From contig CM030334.1 in assembly GCA_017654855.1 (NCBI GenBank), positions 1,488,001 to 1,552,000 of the forward strand: a stretch of 64,000 nt of DNA, written 5' to 3'. Position 1 is the stretch's first letter; the number at the start of each line of letters is the position of its first letter. Source of the stretch: Podospora anserina. Taxonomy: Eukaryota. The notes under the pieces were generated by a model. The model had not been told where the DNA came from and ran no database searches. It worked only from the letters and a program-made list of their open reading frames with translations. Made by a program: the position numbers and the translations under genes. This document shows positions 22,706-35,411 of this stretch, in pieces.

Positions 22706-23455
22706 GTAGATGTTGGGAGATTTTGTAAATATTAAATGTGTATAAAACAGGGAAAGAAGAAGACGATAAAGAGGAGGAAAGAAGATGATTTGGTCATTAG
22801 ATGGGTAGGCAAGGAATGGAATTGGTATGGATGGATGGGTGGACGGATGGGTATGGAATTGGGGGGAGTGGGGGGTAAACAGCGGTTTTTGCATGGAATG
22901 AAGTTTTAAAACAAAGAGGTAAAATGAGAAAAATCTTCACTCTAGGTTGGTTGGTGGTGTCTTTGAGATGGGGGTTTGTGAGTGTTGTTCTAGATGTTTG
23001 GTAGCTAACTACTGACACTGGGAGGAATGTGTATCTACGTTTTGTGATGTGTGGGGGTGTGATGAGAGAGGATCTAGGGTAATTAAGAGTCAACCGCGAT
23101 CCTGCCTTTGGGGATATGCAGTGTAGTTTAAAAGAGGACTATGGTGATGCCTATATCTTGAGCGAGAGACAGTCGTATGGACAATTTTAATAGATTGAAG
23201 AGTTGAGTTCGTGTATGTGCGTAAACTGTTGTTCAAGTACTCGCTTTAAAAGTAATGCAGCAGGCCCGTATCTAACCGACCGACAAACAAGATATTGATG
23301 CGATCTGGACTGCAACTGGGGTATCACCCGCCTGTCCTCTTCCCAACCTCACATTACCGCCTTGATTTTCTGCGATGAGTCTGATCTATCACAACCGGCT
23401 CCTTAATCAGAGGATTTGGTTCTTTTTTTTCTTAATTTTTTTTTTAGCAATTGAC

Positions 23456-23953
23456 CACGGCCCGACTAACACCCGCTGCCCAACAGGGACTTTACGGATC
23501 CCCTTTCGTGAAAAATGAGTGGGTGTGTGCCGTGATGAGGCGTATGTTTTTTATTCAGATTGGCCCATTCTGTTGCTTGTACGCCACGAGAGAAAAAAAC
23601 TCGGCTTCGGAGAAAGCCGCAAGGTTCCTATGAGCTCATTTTTCAGAGAGCTGGATGCAACGCAGTTCTTGGTTGTTGTTGTTGTTGTTGTTCTTCGTCT
23701 AGGTGGGCTGGAAAGAGACGGCATCATTGAGTGACCCTGCCCACAAAATAATTGATACAGCAGAAGCAAATTAACCCATACTATACTATACTGTAAACTT
23801 ATGCCTCAAAAGCAAATTGATAGGTCCCTAAACGATCTTTCAAGACCTGTTAACCATCTTTGAAGGCTTTTAAACTTATTTAAAAGGCCTATGGACTATC
23901 CTTTTGAGGTATGTTAACCTGCATTGGTATCTCAATTATTTTGTGGCAAGGGT
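23456..23953 (+). other. Highly self-complementary intergenic segment (candidate structured RNA and/or foldback element)
   Basis: Multiple stems, including perfect 15-bp (23741-23755/23932-23946) and 11-bp (23509-23519/23635-23645) complements. G-T pairs favour the + strand. Identity unknown. Confidence 0.4.
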
Positions 23954-26496
23954 GCCTAGGCAGGTAATCGACACTTTTCGGGCAAGAAAAGTGCAAAGTT
24001 ATTACTACCTAGGTAGGTATATTATGTAGTCTCGCAACCAGGAGAGTATCCCTCGCTAAGCACATAGGTAAACAATGTTGTGAATAGGAGAAGAAGAAAA
24101 AGCTGACGTATGTGCAGCAACATGCTGTCGGCATGTACGGGGGAAAAACAGAAGCAAAGAGACTGTCTAGCCGCATACAGCCTTACCTTACCGCACCGGT
24201 TGTAGGTTGGCAGAAGTTGGTTTTGTGATGGCAGATGCAGTTTGGGCATCAATCGACCCCCCCCCCAAAAGGCGGGGGAGCGGATGGGGGGGATAGGGTA
24301 GAAGAATACAGGCACACAGGAAGCTTCGGATGCTGCATGGAAGAGATGCAGGGCTGGGAAATCCGGGTACAGGTAGTGTGAGCTGCTTCCGAAGCGGGAC
24401 GAGCTACCTAGCTTGAGAGAACCTTGAGGGGGTGAGGAGGGTACATCACTGGGGGTGTTTAGGGTGCGTGGGGTTGAGGGAAGTGTGGGCTGAGTTGAGT
24501 GTTCAAGTCAAACCTCGAAGCTAAAGGCATTGTGTTATGTTCATGTCTTTCAAAACAGAAACTTGAGTGAATAACCGCTTACACCAGGGCGGTCAGACGT
24601 CCTCCAGTTCGGGCATAGACCAGCGGTTCGGCATTATCATCATGGTGGTGTTGTGAGTTGGGCTGCTACGGGGGACTTGTGGCTCGCATGGTGGTGTTGT
24701 CGATTGGTTGAAGCAAAGACGATGACGAAGTGTCAGTGAAGGCTGTGCAGCGAGAGAGATTCAGGCCAAGGGGAGAAATATGAATGATGGGATTATTGGG
24801 CCGTGGCTGGACGGGAAACCTGCAGTTCTGACGATGAGCTACATTACCTAGGGCACGTGGCCGGCGGTGTCTGTGGTTATCCGTAATAAAGAGATATATG
24901 GGATGAAATCATAGTCCTGGATGACGAGGCGGATTTGGAGCGAGCAATGTACACCGCCGTGTCTTTGCTTACCTTGCTGCTGAAGATCTGAGTACCGATC
25001 CGAATCTTCCTTGCAGACGGCTACGGTTGGCGGTCCAATTCGGGGAAGAGAATAGCAGGTTTTGTTAGTGAGTTTTAAAGTGATAGTGATGGGAAAAGAG
25101 GTCGAGTCTTGCTTTGACCAGCTGACCTCTGTCGACACCTTCCTACCGATGAAGATGTTTTAGATCAGGTCACGATAACCTCAAGTTTCAAGATCCACTG
25201 GGGTTACAATAAACATCACTGTGGGGTCTCGGTTCAACCCCTCAGTGGATCTTGGGCGCAACGCTCCCGCGTCAACCCCCCCGGTCACCCCATTATTTAC
25301 ATCTCATCTGAGGATCAACTTTCAAGTTTTGAGACAAACGTCGGAAGAAGACATGGGGATCCATCATCACGGGCTTTCGTTCAACCGGCCGATGATGAAA
25401 AAGGGCTACCACAGTTCTCAACCCAGCAGCTGTAGGGCTTTAGGTACGGAATACGTGCAGAGAGCCCGGCGGCACGGCAAAGTACAGACGGTACTTGAAT
25501 ATACTGGTACATGCATTGTACATATTTCGAAGCCCACAGCGCTCGTTACACGTGTTGCACCCCTCCCCCCTTCTTCCCCCTCCCCACCAAGAAACCCAGC
25601 CTCCGTCGTCCCACCATCACCGATCGAGTCGAGTTCGAGTTGTCTCTCTTGCAGCATGCAGGAGGAGGGAGAGAGTTAGCGAACCAACCCCCATGCCCCC
25701 TCATTCTCACCGTTACTTTTAGTCCACCACGAGGTACAATCTCTCTCGGGAGATCCGTGAGGAGTACCTAGCCTCAATCCTGCCCTGCCCACCTTCCACT
25801 CATCTGAGAGAGCCCTTCCATTTGGGTTTGCTTGTGTGCTGTGCCAGCCTGATAAGCAAAAGGCCTTGCTTCCTGTCCATTATGGCAATTTAGCACCTGT
25901 TGCTTGTTCTGTCAGCTTTTTTTTTCTTTCTTCTGTGCATTCCATCTTGTGTTCACCATCCAACCTTCCAAGCGCTATTACACTCTCACCAAACCATTAT
26001 TTGCGCTTTCTATCAACCTCTTGCGAATCACACGACCAAGTTTCACCCCACGGCGTTATTCAGCTGGTGAACAAATCTCGAGTAAAATTACCCGCCCAAC
26101 AACAGCGACTGTGGAATCCGCCGCTTGTATACAATCCTGGAAATCGCCATGATCTTCTGATACCCAATACCCCTCTTCCTCGCTCCGCATGGCTTATCCG
26201 TGCGCTGTTGCTTGATGTAGTTCAACTGGCTGGCTTACTTTGTTACCCCACGATCCACAAACACTTTGTTTCGGCTTCGATACCAGTCGGTTGGAAGAGA
26301 GGATAGGGTCAGTGTTGGGAGCCGAAACTGAAAAACAGATATACATATCTACATATATATATATGTCGGTGGTTTGTCAGGGTGGCCTGGAAAATAACAA
26401 AAACGCCAACTACTCTACACCTTACCTATCCAACTAGCTAGCAGCAGCAAAAACTTGCGTTTTGTTCACATACCTCTCGACACCTCTTTTTTCCCC

Positions 26497-29372
26497 ATGG
26501 ACGTCCCAAATATCGAAACACGCAGTAGCGGTGCCGACAACAACAACCCAGCCTCCGGTGACGACGACCAACAACCACACAACAACAACAACAACAACAA
26601 TAACAACAACAACAACAACAGCAACAACCAAACCAGTCGTCTCTGGCGTCGGCTCAACCTCTTTGGTCATCATCGCGACAACAACGCGGGGGGGAATGGA
26701 TCGATACAGGGTGGTGGTGGGTTGGAGGATGATATCACACAAAATGGCAGCGGAAAAAGACAAAGTCGAAAGGTAGTCCCCGGTCTGCCTCGGGCGCCAA
26801 CTTTCAAGAGGCAGCAGTCCGAGAAACGGCATCGGCTCGAGCCGATCCGACCGACGGCCGCGGAGAGGAGGGCAGTGTCAATGGACAGGAGGGTTGTTGT
26901 GCAAGGCAGCAGCAACGGTGGTGGCGATCCAAGGACTAGCGCGCCGGATGTTCTCCTTCTTGCGCACGAGGGGGGGTATTCGTCGCAGTCGCAGTCGGTG
27001 CCGCCGCCCTCGTTCCCCATTGACACTGATGGGGAAGGCTATTTCGGGGGGCGATATACTGCAGCCACGCAAGGATTCGACGACCACTCCAACGACGCCG
27101 ACGACGACGGCGAGGCGATGTCTGACGACGGCGGCAGGCACTCGGTCACGACGTCGCAGTGGGAGGCCAGGATCCACGACGAGCTGGAGCAGATCTGGAT
27201 ATTGAACCTGTCGATGCACTTCCGGGACAAGTCCAAGAGGGAAAAGTTTTTTGTGACGTACCGGCAGCAGGAGCACCTCTGGAGGAGGGTGACGGTTAGT
27301 TTGGATTATCGGAACGCGCCCGAGGGGAGCTTGGAGATGGAGCTGGCGGGGACGAGGTTTCAGAGGGAGAAGAGCGCAAAGATCTACGAGGCTATTCGGG
27401 AGAGTTTGATGGATATTCAGTTTTATGACACGGTGACGAACCTGAAGCTGCAGACTACGGATGGGAGGTTGCATGTGCATGTTGTGGAGGATGTTAATGT
27501 GAGTTTTCTTTTTTTTTGGGGGGGGGGCGGGAGGGGTGGTGGTGGTTGCTGACATTTTATTTTTCTACCGCGCAGGAGATCATCAGCTATCCATCAGTTC
27601 GTCTGATCCAGCACACGAGATGTAGACGTGTAAAGGAGAGGGAGATGGAGTTTGACTCGCACATGTCGGGGTTTGTGTACAAGATGAGGGTGAATGGGCA
27701 GATACTGATCAAGAAGGAGATTCCGGGACCGGATACGGTGGATGAGTTTCTTTACGAGATCAACGCCCTCAACTCGTTGCGCTCGGCGAGGAACGTCATT
27801 CAGTTTTATGGGGTTGTTGTTGACGATCGGGAGGAGCACGTCACGGGCATTCTGATCAGCTACGCTGAGCAGGGCGCGCTGATTGACATCTTGTATGATC
27901 ACGCCCATGAGCACCCGCCTCTTCCTTGGTCGATTCGCGAGAAATGGGCGAGGCAGATCGTGGCTGGGCTGTCGGAGATTCACGAGGCCGGGTTTGTCCA
28001 GGGGGATTTCACACTTTCAAACATTGTTATTGATCACAACAGCGACGCGAAGATTATCGATATCAACAGGCGGGGTTGCCCGGTGGGTTGGGAACCGCCA
28101 GAAGCAACGCCGATGATTGAGTGTAATCAGCGGATCTCGATGTACATCGGGATCAAGTCTGATCTCTACCAACTCGGCATGGTGCTCTGGTCGTTGGCGA
28201 CGCAAGACGATGAGCCAGAAGCACAAGGGAGACCGCTGCAGATCGCGGACGATGTGGATGTGCCGGCGTGGTTCGCGAGGATAGTGTACATCTGTCTGAG
28301 CGACAACCCGAGGAATAGGCTGCAGGCCCTGCAGCTGCTGTCCCTATTCCCGGAGCCGGAGGAGCCGTTGACTGCCGTTCCGCATCATCATCACATTCAC
28401 GAGGACAGTTACCTGCCGCAGGAGTACATGTCGGATATATTCTCGATCACGAGCCAGCCGCCGAACGTGATGAATGTGAACATGGGGAATGATTGGCAGT
28501 ATATCGGGCCGAACAGCCCTACCAACCCTTATGGCGGGGGGACTTTTGCGGAGGATCCGCATTTCTACCCGCCGCCGAGGGGGAGGTCGCCGCCCTCGCC
28601 GCAGCCGAGCAACCACGAGGACGAGGGCTGTGAACCGACGGGGAGGTTTGGGGCGAGGAGGTTTAATACTTGGAGTGTGGGGGAGGGATGGAAGCCGATG
28701 GTGCCGAGTGTCAGCGATTTGCCCCCTAGGAGTGTGCTTGGGGAGGAGTCGGACGTGGGGGGTTTCAGGAGGGGAAGGCAGAGGGTTAGCCCAAGGCATG
28801 GGAAGATTGCGGTTAGTGATTATGGGGGGATTGATGGAATGGTGGCGAGTCAGACGTTGGAGATACCTAAGCAAGGGGTAGGGGTAGGGGTAGGGGAGAA
28901 GGAGCTCAAGACGCCCGAGTCGAGGGCGGATAGTGGGAAGGATATGACCGAGTTGGGGAGTACACCCAGAGATGGAGGTGTGCTGGGGTTGGGGGGCGGG
29001 AAGGAGGGGGTAGAGGTTTTGAGGGAGACGGAAAAGTTGTTTCCGAGTACTAACAAAGACTTGGAGCAACCGCTGGCTTTGGAACAACAGGAGGAATATA
29101 CCGCGGTGATGGGGACTAGTCTGGGGAGGTTGGGCAGGCCGGACGATTTGAATAACGTTGGAGGGGCCTTTTCGTTCGACCAAAGGAGTAGGGGAATGCA
29201 GAGGAAGGGAAGTACGAGCAGTGGGAGTGGCGGGATCGAGGGGGAGATTGAAGAGGAGGATGAAATGGGGGATGAGGAAGAGGATGAGTTGGATATGGAG
29301 TTGGATGGGGAATTACCTGGGGATTTAGAGAAGACGATTGGGTTGCAGACGCAGCTGCTGTCTGTTCCCTAA
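26497..29372 (+). CDS. Atypical fungal protein kinase-like protein; exons 26497-27498 and 27576-29372
   Basis: Kinase subdomains ILIKKE, FLYEINAL, VQGDFTLSNIV, KIIDIN, GWEPPE, KSDLYQLG; the intron is in phase. Confidence 0.88.
26581..26618 (+). repeat. (AAC)n coding repeat giving poly-Asn in the kinase N-terminus
   Basis: Nearly perfect AAC run in frame. Confidence 0.93.
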
Positions 29373-31279
29373 CGAACGAGGTGGTAAGGTTTAGATGGGG
29401 ATGGTGACAATGGTGAATGACTAACGAGCGATCGACTCGTTAAAAAGGAGAGATATCTCTGGACAACCACAGTTGTCTTTGTCCTTTTTAATACTCTTCT
29501 TTTGTTATCAGGGCTGATGACATGGGTCAATGGGGCGCAAGCAAGTTAGCAAGCGAGCGAGTCTGTGCTTATATTTTCGTCTCGTTGACTGTTGCGTGAT
29601 GGGATTGGATACTGGGAGGGAGGCTAGGCTGGGAGGATATTGGGCGGTCATCTGCTGTTGATGAGATTATGATATTTATGCGTTTACTTTCAGGCATGTT
29701 GTTGCGTTATCTATGATGATATATATGATCTAATGATGCTGATTCATTTGTTTGGATGATCCTGAAACTATATGACTGATACAGCAACTGTGACTTGAGT
29801 GTCCAAGGTGCTTGCTAAACTGAGGTGAGGCACACGAGTCTGTCAACGATGAATTGGCGGTTCTGGTGGGATACGGCCAACTGGACCAGAGTCTGAATGT
29901 ATCATCCCCTGTCACGTCTTTTCGTTGATATCATGATGTGAGGTCAAGCGATTAATTAACAGTAGCCTTGCTTTTGCTGGCGAGTCTGTGGTGTCATCCC
30001 AAGTGAGCCGGCGTTCAAGGCTAGTTGACACGCTTGGCGTCATTTGACGATGATGACAGCCAGGAGAGAGTTGAGACGTCAAAATGTGGCGAGGATGCTC
30101 TGTGACCGGAGTTGTGGCTCTAGTATACACTATGTGTGGCGAGAGCAAGGAGCATGGGCGCCGAAGCTGGATCTTCCCCAGCATTGCGGATGTGGCGTTG
30201 GGATCTCCGGCTTGCCCATGACGCTTGTCCGGGGGTTCTTGCCTTGCGGCTAACGCCTAGGTAGAGACGAACCGAGAATTGAGGAGTCTGGAGAGTTTGT
30301 GTAGCGCTGGCTGTAGGATAGCACCGGTGCTGGCAATGAGGCGACTGGAAATCTGAAAAGTTGCTGCTTGATAGACTCTGGTATGCCTGTATCCTTGAGG
30401 TTCGACATGTAAATGTTAGGGATTGTCCATCACAGTGTGTGCCGCATGCGGTGACGTCGAGATGGCACTAACAGATGGCCTTTGTTGAAGATGGCGTCTT
30501 GGCAAATCCCAAGTGTTGAAGTCGAGGCAAGGCGAAACTCCACTTCAGCCTCGAATCACGACGGATCCTTCCGCCCGAACACAAACGACGGCAAGTGGTG
30601 CAAAAGAGGGGCACATCTCGGTTTGTGACTTTCATTTGGAAGCTTGTCATTGGGGGACTCCCCTGCGCAGGTACCAGACAGACAACGCATGGCTGTTCGA
30701 GATGACAGGCATCACAGAAACGGCCACCCTGCGTCGTGCTTCCTGTGAGAGATTCCTTAGAACAAGATGGGATGAACTGGTGACGGGACTGACAAGCAAC
30801 ACTGACAACCGTTGGTGCTTGTGCTGATTTCGTTGTGCTGGTGATTGCTCGAGATTTTGACATGTGATTGAAGATAGATAGAGCTCTCCCTCCACCCTCA
30901 GAATATGGGGAAACCTTGCGTCAGAGCTTTTTGGCTTTCTTTCTGGCGGGAGCCCGGCATGGAACTGTCGCGGTGTTTGCCACGGCCGGGTTTGGTGACA
31001 GTGACGGAGCAAAGCCGTCGCCGTGAAGTTTTCGATGGCAGGGCGCCGTTTCTGGAAAGGCGGAGCTCGGACGACGTCGTGGACATGCAGACTTTCATGG
31101 GCAGCCAATCAGAGCTGGCCTTGACTTACAAGTCCCCCACCCAAACATGAACGCCTCCCCCAACAGTTTCCTCAACAAAATTCGGGAACGGCAAAAAATC
31201 ACTTTGCTCAAGGCTGGGGATATGCTTCACCACCAAAAAATGGTGCCATGGTGCTTCCATGGTGCCATCCACATGCTAT

Positions 31280-31331
31280 CCTCGGCAGAGTTGATGCAGC
31301 TGTGACCTGCTCGAGAAGGTCTAAACCTCGG
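31280..31331 (+). promoter_or_regulatory. Two CCTCGG hexamers upstream of OLE1 (FarA/FarB-type motif)
   Basis: CCTCGG at 31280-31285 and 31326-31331; TATAAAA near 31768. Short motif, so a chance match is possible. Confidence 0.35.
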
Positions 31332-31954
31332 CCAGTGTTGATCGTGTCAGGAGCTCGTTCGAGAGATATCGGCTATCATCCCAGAGATATTCCCAACCAT
31401 TTCAACTTTGTTGTTATGAGTGAGAGCAGATTTGGCCACTCATCCATAACCCCACTGATTGACAGCACCAGCTTCAGCATCGAGAATCTGCAGAGGCGAA
31501 AGCAGGTGCAAAAGGCTGGACTCACTCCTGCTTGTTGCTGGTGGTCCAATCGCTGTTGAGCAAATCCGTTGACGCTGAATGCACAACACAGAACTGGACG
31601 GAAAGTGACCTGGGTGGCCTGCCAATTTGCGTGCAAAATTAAGTACCCCCCAGGAACCCGGCACCGGCATGTCACCACAATCCTGACGGGCCTCCCTCAA
31701 CCCACCCGCCGCCGCCCCCCGCCTAAACCCACAGCTTAGACCCTTGCTTTCTCAAACCATCCTTTCGTATAAAACTTTCAAGCCGGCCCTTTCTGCTTTG
31801 ACTTTTGCTCTCCTCTTGCGTGAGACCCCTCCATAACCGCCCTTCCGCGAACCTCTATTTTCCCCTCAACACAACATCGACGACGAGAGAGGACCAAGGC
31901 CGACGTCCTCATCGACCCGCGATATTGTCAACCTCCGCGACCTCCGCCCTCAAC

Positions 31955-33452
31955 ATGGCGTCGTCGTCATCTGAGGTTCCCGCTTCGGCGGTCCTCCAGG
32001 CCGAGTCCTTCCCCGACGGAACCAAGGACTATGTCGCCATCCGCAAGAAGAACTGGGACATCAAGAAGCCCCGTGAGTTGCCCTTCTCGAGATAGCCGGT
32101 TGATCCGGCCTTGCTAACAAACGCTCCCAACAGATATCACCGACCAGCCCATCACCGCCAAGAACTGGTACAAGCACGTCAACTGGCTCAACACCACATT
32201 CATCATCTTCATTCCCCTCACGGGCCTCATCTCCTCGTACTGGGTACCGCTTCAGATGAAGACGGCCGTCTTCACTGTGCTCTACTACTTTTTCGCTGGC
32301 CTCGGTATCACCGCCGGCTACCATCGCCTGTGGGCTCACACCTCCTACAAGGCCACCCTTCCCCTCAAGATCTTCCTTGCCGCTGGTGGCGCCGCCGCTG
32401 TCGAGGGCAGCGCTCGGTGGTGGTCCAGTCTCCATCGTTCGCACCACCGTTACACCGATACCGAGAAGGATCCTTACTCCGTCCGCAAAGGTCTGCTCTA
32501 CAGCCACATCGGCTGGATGGTCATGAAGCAGAACCCCCGCCGTATCGGCCGTACCGACATCACCGATCTCAACGATGACGCCGTTGTCGTTTGGCAGCAC
32601 CGCAACTACATCAAGTCGGTCATCACCATGGCTCTGATTGTTCCCACCCTCGTTTGCGGTCTCGGCTGGAACGACTGGACCGGTGGCTTCGTCTATGCCG
32701 GTATCCTCCGCATCTTTTTCATTCAGCAGGCCACCTTCTGCGTCAACTCCCTCGCCCACTGGCTCGGCGACCAGCCCTTTGATGACCGCAACTCACCGAG
32801 AGATCATGTCATCACTGCCCTCGTCACCCTTGGTGAGGGTTACCACAACTTCCACCACGAGTTCCCAAGTGATTTCCGCAACGCTATTGAGTGGTGGCAG
32901 TACGACCCCACCAAGTGGTTCATCTCGATCATGAAGTTCCTCGGCCTCGCATACAACCTCAAGACATTCCCCCAGAACGAGATTGAGAAGGGCAGACTCC
33001 AGCAGCTTCAGAAGAAGCTCGACCAGAAGCGTTCCACTCTTGACTGGGGTATTCCTCTCGAGAACCTACCCGTTGTCAGCTGGGACGACTTTGTCGCCGA
33101 GTCCAAGAACGGCAAGGCCTGGATTGCCGTCGCTGGCATCATTCACGATGTTGGCAAGTTCATTGCTGACCACCCCGGTGGCAAGACCCTCATCAACTCT
33201 GCCATTGGCAAGGACGCCACTGCTGTCTTCAACGGTGGTGTCTACAACCACTCCAACGGCGCCCACAACCTTCTCTCCACCATGAGAGTTGGCGTTCTTC
33301 GTGGCGGCTGCGAGGTAGAGATCTGGAAGCGCGCCCAGTCCGAGAACAAGGACGTCCAGACCGTCACCGACTCCTCTGGCCAAAGAATTGTCCGCGCTGG
33401 CAACCAGGCCACCAAGATCCCTCAGCCCGTTTCTACTGCCGATGCTGCGTAA
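31955..33452 (+). CDS. OLE1: Acyl-CoA delta-9 desaturase with fused cytochrome b5; exons 31955-32072 and 32134-33452
   Basis: His boxes HRLWAH, HRSHH and HNFHH; cytochrome b5 HPGG; the intron is in phase. Confidence 0.97.
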
Positions 33453-34258
33453 GTGTTTTACTTGACACAAGGCATGAATTGTACAATATTCAACCCCCGC
33501 CACGATTAGACGGCGTTTCAGAAGGGGTAGTCTGCGACCTGGGAGTTTTTGGTATCACGCCACCCCAGAGTAGTCGGCAACTGACATGACTTTCTACCAC
33601 TTGGGTGTCAGTTGGCTAGTCGGACATTATGACGTGGAAGAAGAAGGAACACACCTTGGCTGTCGACGCTGGTTTTCATGGCTTGATAGCGAGGTTGTTT
33701 CTGTGGTGGTCCCATACATTTTTCCTTGGTTTTGTTACAAAAAGGGGCGTTTTTCGAGAGAATAAATCGGGCACAGCATTGGAACTGGTGTTTATCTTTG
33801 TTTTAGCTGTTTTTTTCTGGGAATCAAAAGATCCATCATTATCAACCTATCACTCTGGTTTTTGCTGTTGAAAAAGATGTGAAAGAACAGCATGCGTGGT
33901 TTTGCGTTGACGTTGTGTGACTGCGTGTTGGTTGGAGAGTAATGACTGGTGTAGATGTGAATGTAAACAAAGATTGAGAAGATGGAGGGTTAGGATAGGG
34001 GGGAATGAATTGTGGTGACCTGTGAAAAAGTGAGGTTACATTGGGCTGGAGGTGTGGGGTCCAAGATTGTACTGGCTCCATCAGCGAGGCTACAGCTTTG
34101 GATTCTCCCTGCCTTCTGAATGGGATTTGACTAAGAAATATCAGATATGAGGGGGTCGGCTGCGAAATTGAGGCATGTTAAAGGGATGTTGGTGGGGTAT
34201 GGAAAAGAGGCAAGGAAAAGGGGGTAAAAAGGGCAAAAAGATGATGGATCAGAGTAAT

Positions 34259-34338
34259 CTCTCCCGCCGGGAATTGAACCCGGGTCTCGAGCGTTGTTGA
34301 ATGACAAGCTCACATACTGACCACTATACTACGGAAGA
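34259..34338 (-). tRNA. tRNA-Asp(GTC) with an 8-nt intron
   Basis: Full cloverleaf on the minus strand: TCTTCCG/CGGGAGA acceptor stem, TGAGC-TT-GTC-A[TTCAACAA]C-GCTCG, CCGGG-TTCAATT-CCCGG. Confidence 0.93.
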
Positions 34339-35276
34339 TTTACAAGTGTTGGCACTTGTCGTAGATTGGATAGGAGGATTTCCGAGAGGAGGGTATATCA
34401 ATGACATTGGGGAGGATGCTGCACACCCTCTTCGGCATGGTCAATCCCCCTTTCACCAGCACTGGGGGATAGAACAGCTGAAGCTGAACCTGGCATCTGT
34501 GGGTTTTTTCGAGCATGTAAGGTATGCTCGCCCGGGGGTGTGATGCTAGGCTATCGCAGTGTGAAGGAACAGTGTGTACGTGTTGCCGTCTCGAGGGAGA
34601 GTTTAAACTCCATCGCCTGCCAGACACTTTACAGCAATATAGAAATGTAGGTTGCAATGCGGGTGTTTACGATACATATCTTGGCGTTGAGCGCATTGGT
34701 CCAAGGCTATCGTTAGGGTCGATGATGGCTAGCTCTCGAGCTGGAGTGAGCATATATCGTCTCATAGTTCTGATAACACAAAGTCATCCACCACTTATTA
34801 ACAATTGCCGAGCGCAGCAACCCCTCGAGTCGGTAGCTACACCGCGACTTTGCATGTTTGATGTCTGTCTGTTTTGGGGACACGATGTAGTTCTCTGGTT
34901 GAATTACACATCTGCTTTCGCCTGTGTGTTAGTTGGCAGAAGAGTCTGTGGGTGATGATGGAAGACTTGACATTGCAACCATGTCTACACTTCAATGTGT
35001 TAAGAAAGAGAGAATCTACTGCATCTAAACTTATGACGGACCATTCACCCCTCATGGTACCGCAGTCAAGCATCGTGGACCAAGTCGCAAACAATGTGGG
35101 CGCCCGCCTTGATCACTCCGCCGCTCTCTCTGCTTCTCTCTCCTTGACCCATGTAAGAAATTCATCATAAAGCAGGTACACAAAGCTATCAAACCGACCC
35201 AAAACAAACTCTTACCGTTACTTACCTTACTAGCTGGACAGCCTCTTCCCTGACTCTCTGACGACCCAACCCCCCT

Positions 35277-35329
35277 CGCTCATTCCTAGCAGTCAACCGT
35301 TCCTTCCTAGCAATCAACCGCTCCTTCCT
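35277..35329. repeat. 21-bp tandem repeat, about 2.5 copies, upstream of tRNA-Glu
   Basis: CGCTCATTCCTAGCAGTCAAC / CGTTCCTTCCTAGCAATCAAC / CGCTCCTTCCT. Confidence 0.85.
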
Positions 35330-35411
35330 CCCACCTCTTGTCCCTCCCTGCTTCCTTCCTCTCTCACCCAAATATATACCACCTTCCCTCACGCCCTTCC
35401 AACAAATAAAC

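Noticed and set aside
23532-23596. Hammerhead-like TGATGA-stem pattern
   Set aside because: Lacks the CUGA core start and the GAAA immediately after stem II.
24560-25140. Possible minus-strand gene fragment with a GTAAGC donor and two CACCACCATG starts
   Set aside because: No sustained frame or homology; could be a non-coding transcript.
34340-35170. Short ORFs with splice-like signals between the two tRNAs
   Set aside because: No coherent gene model could be built.
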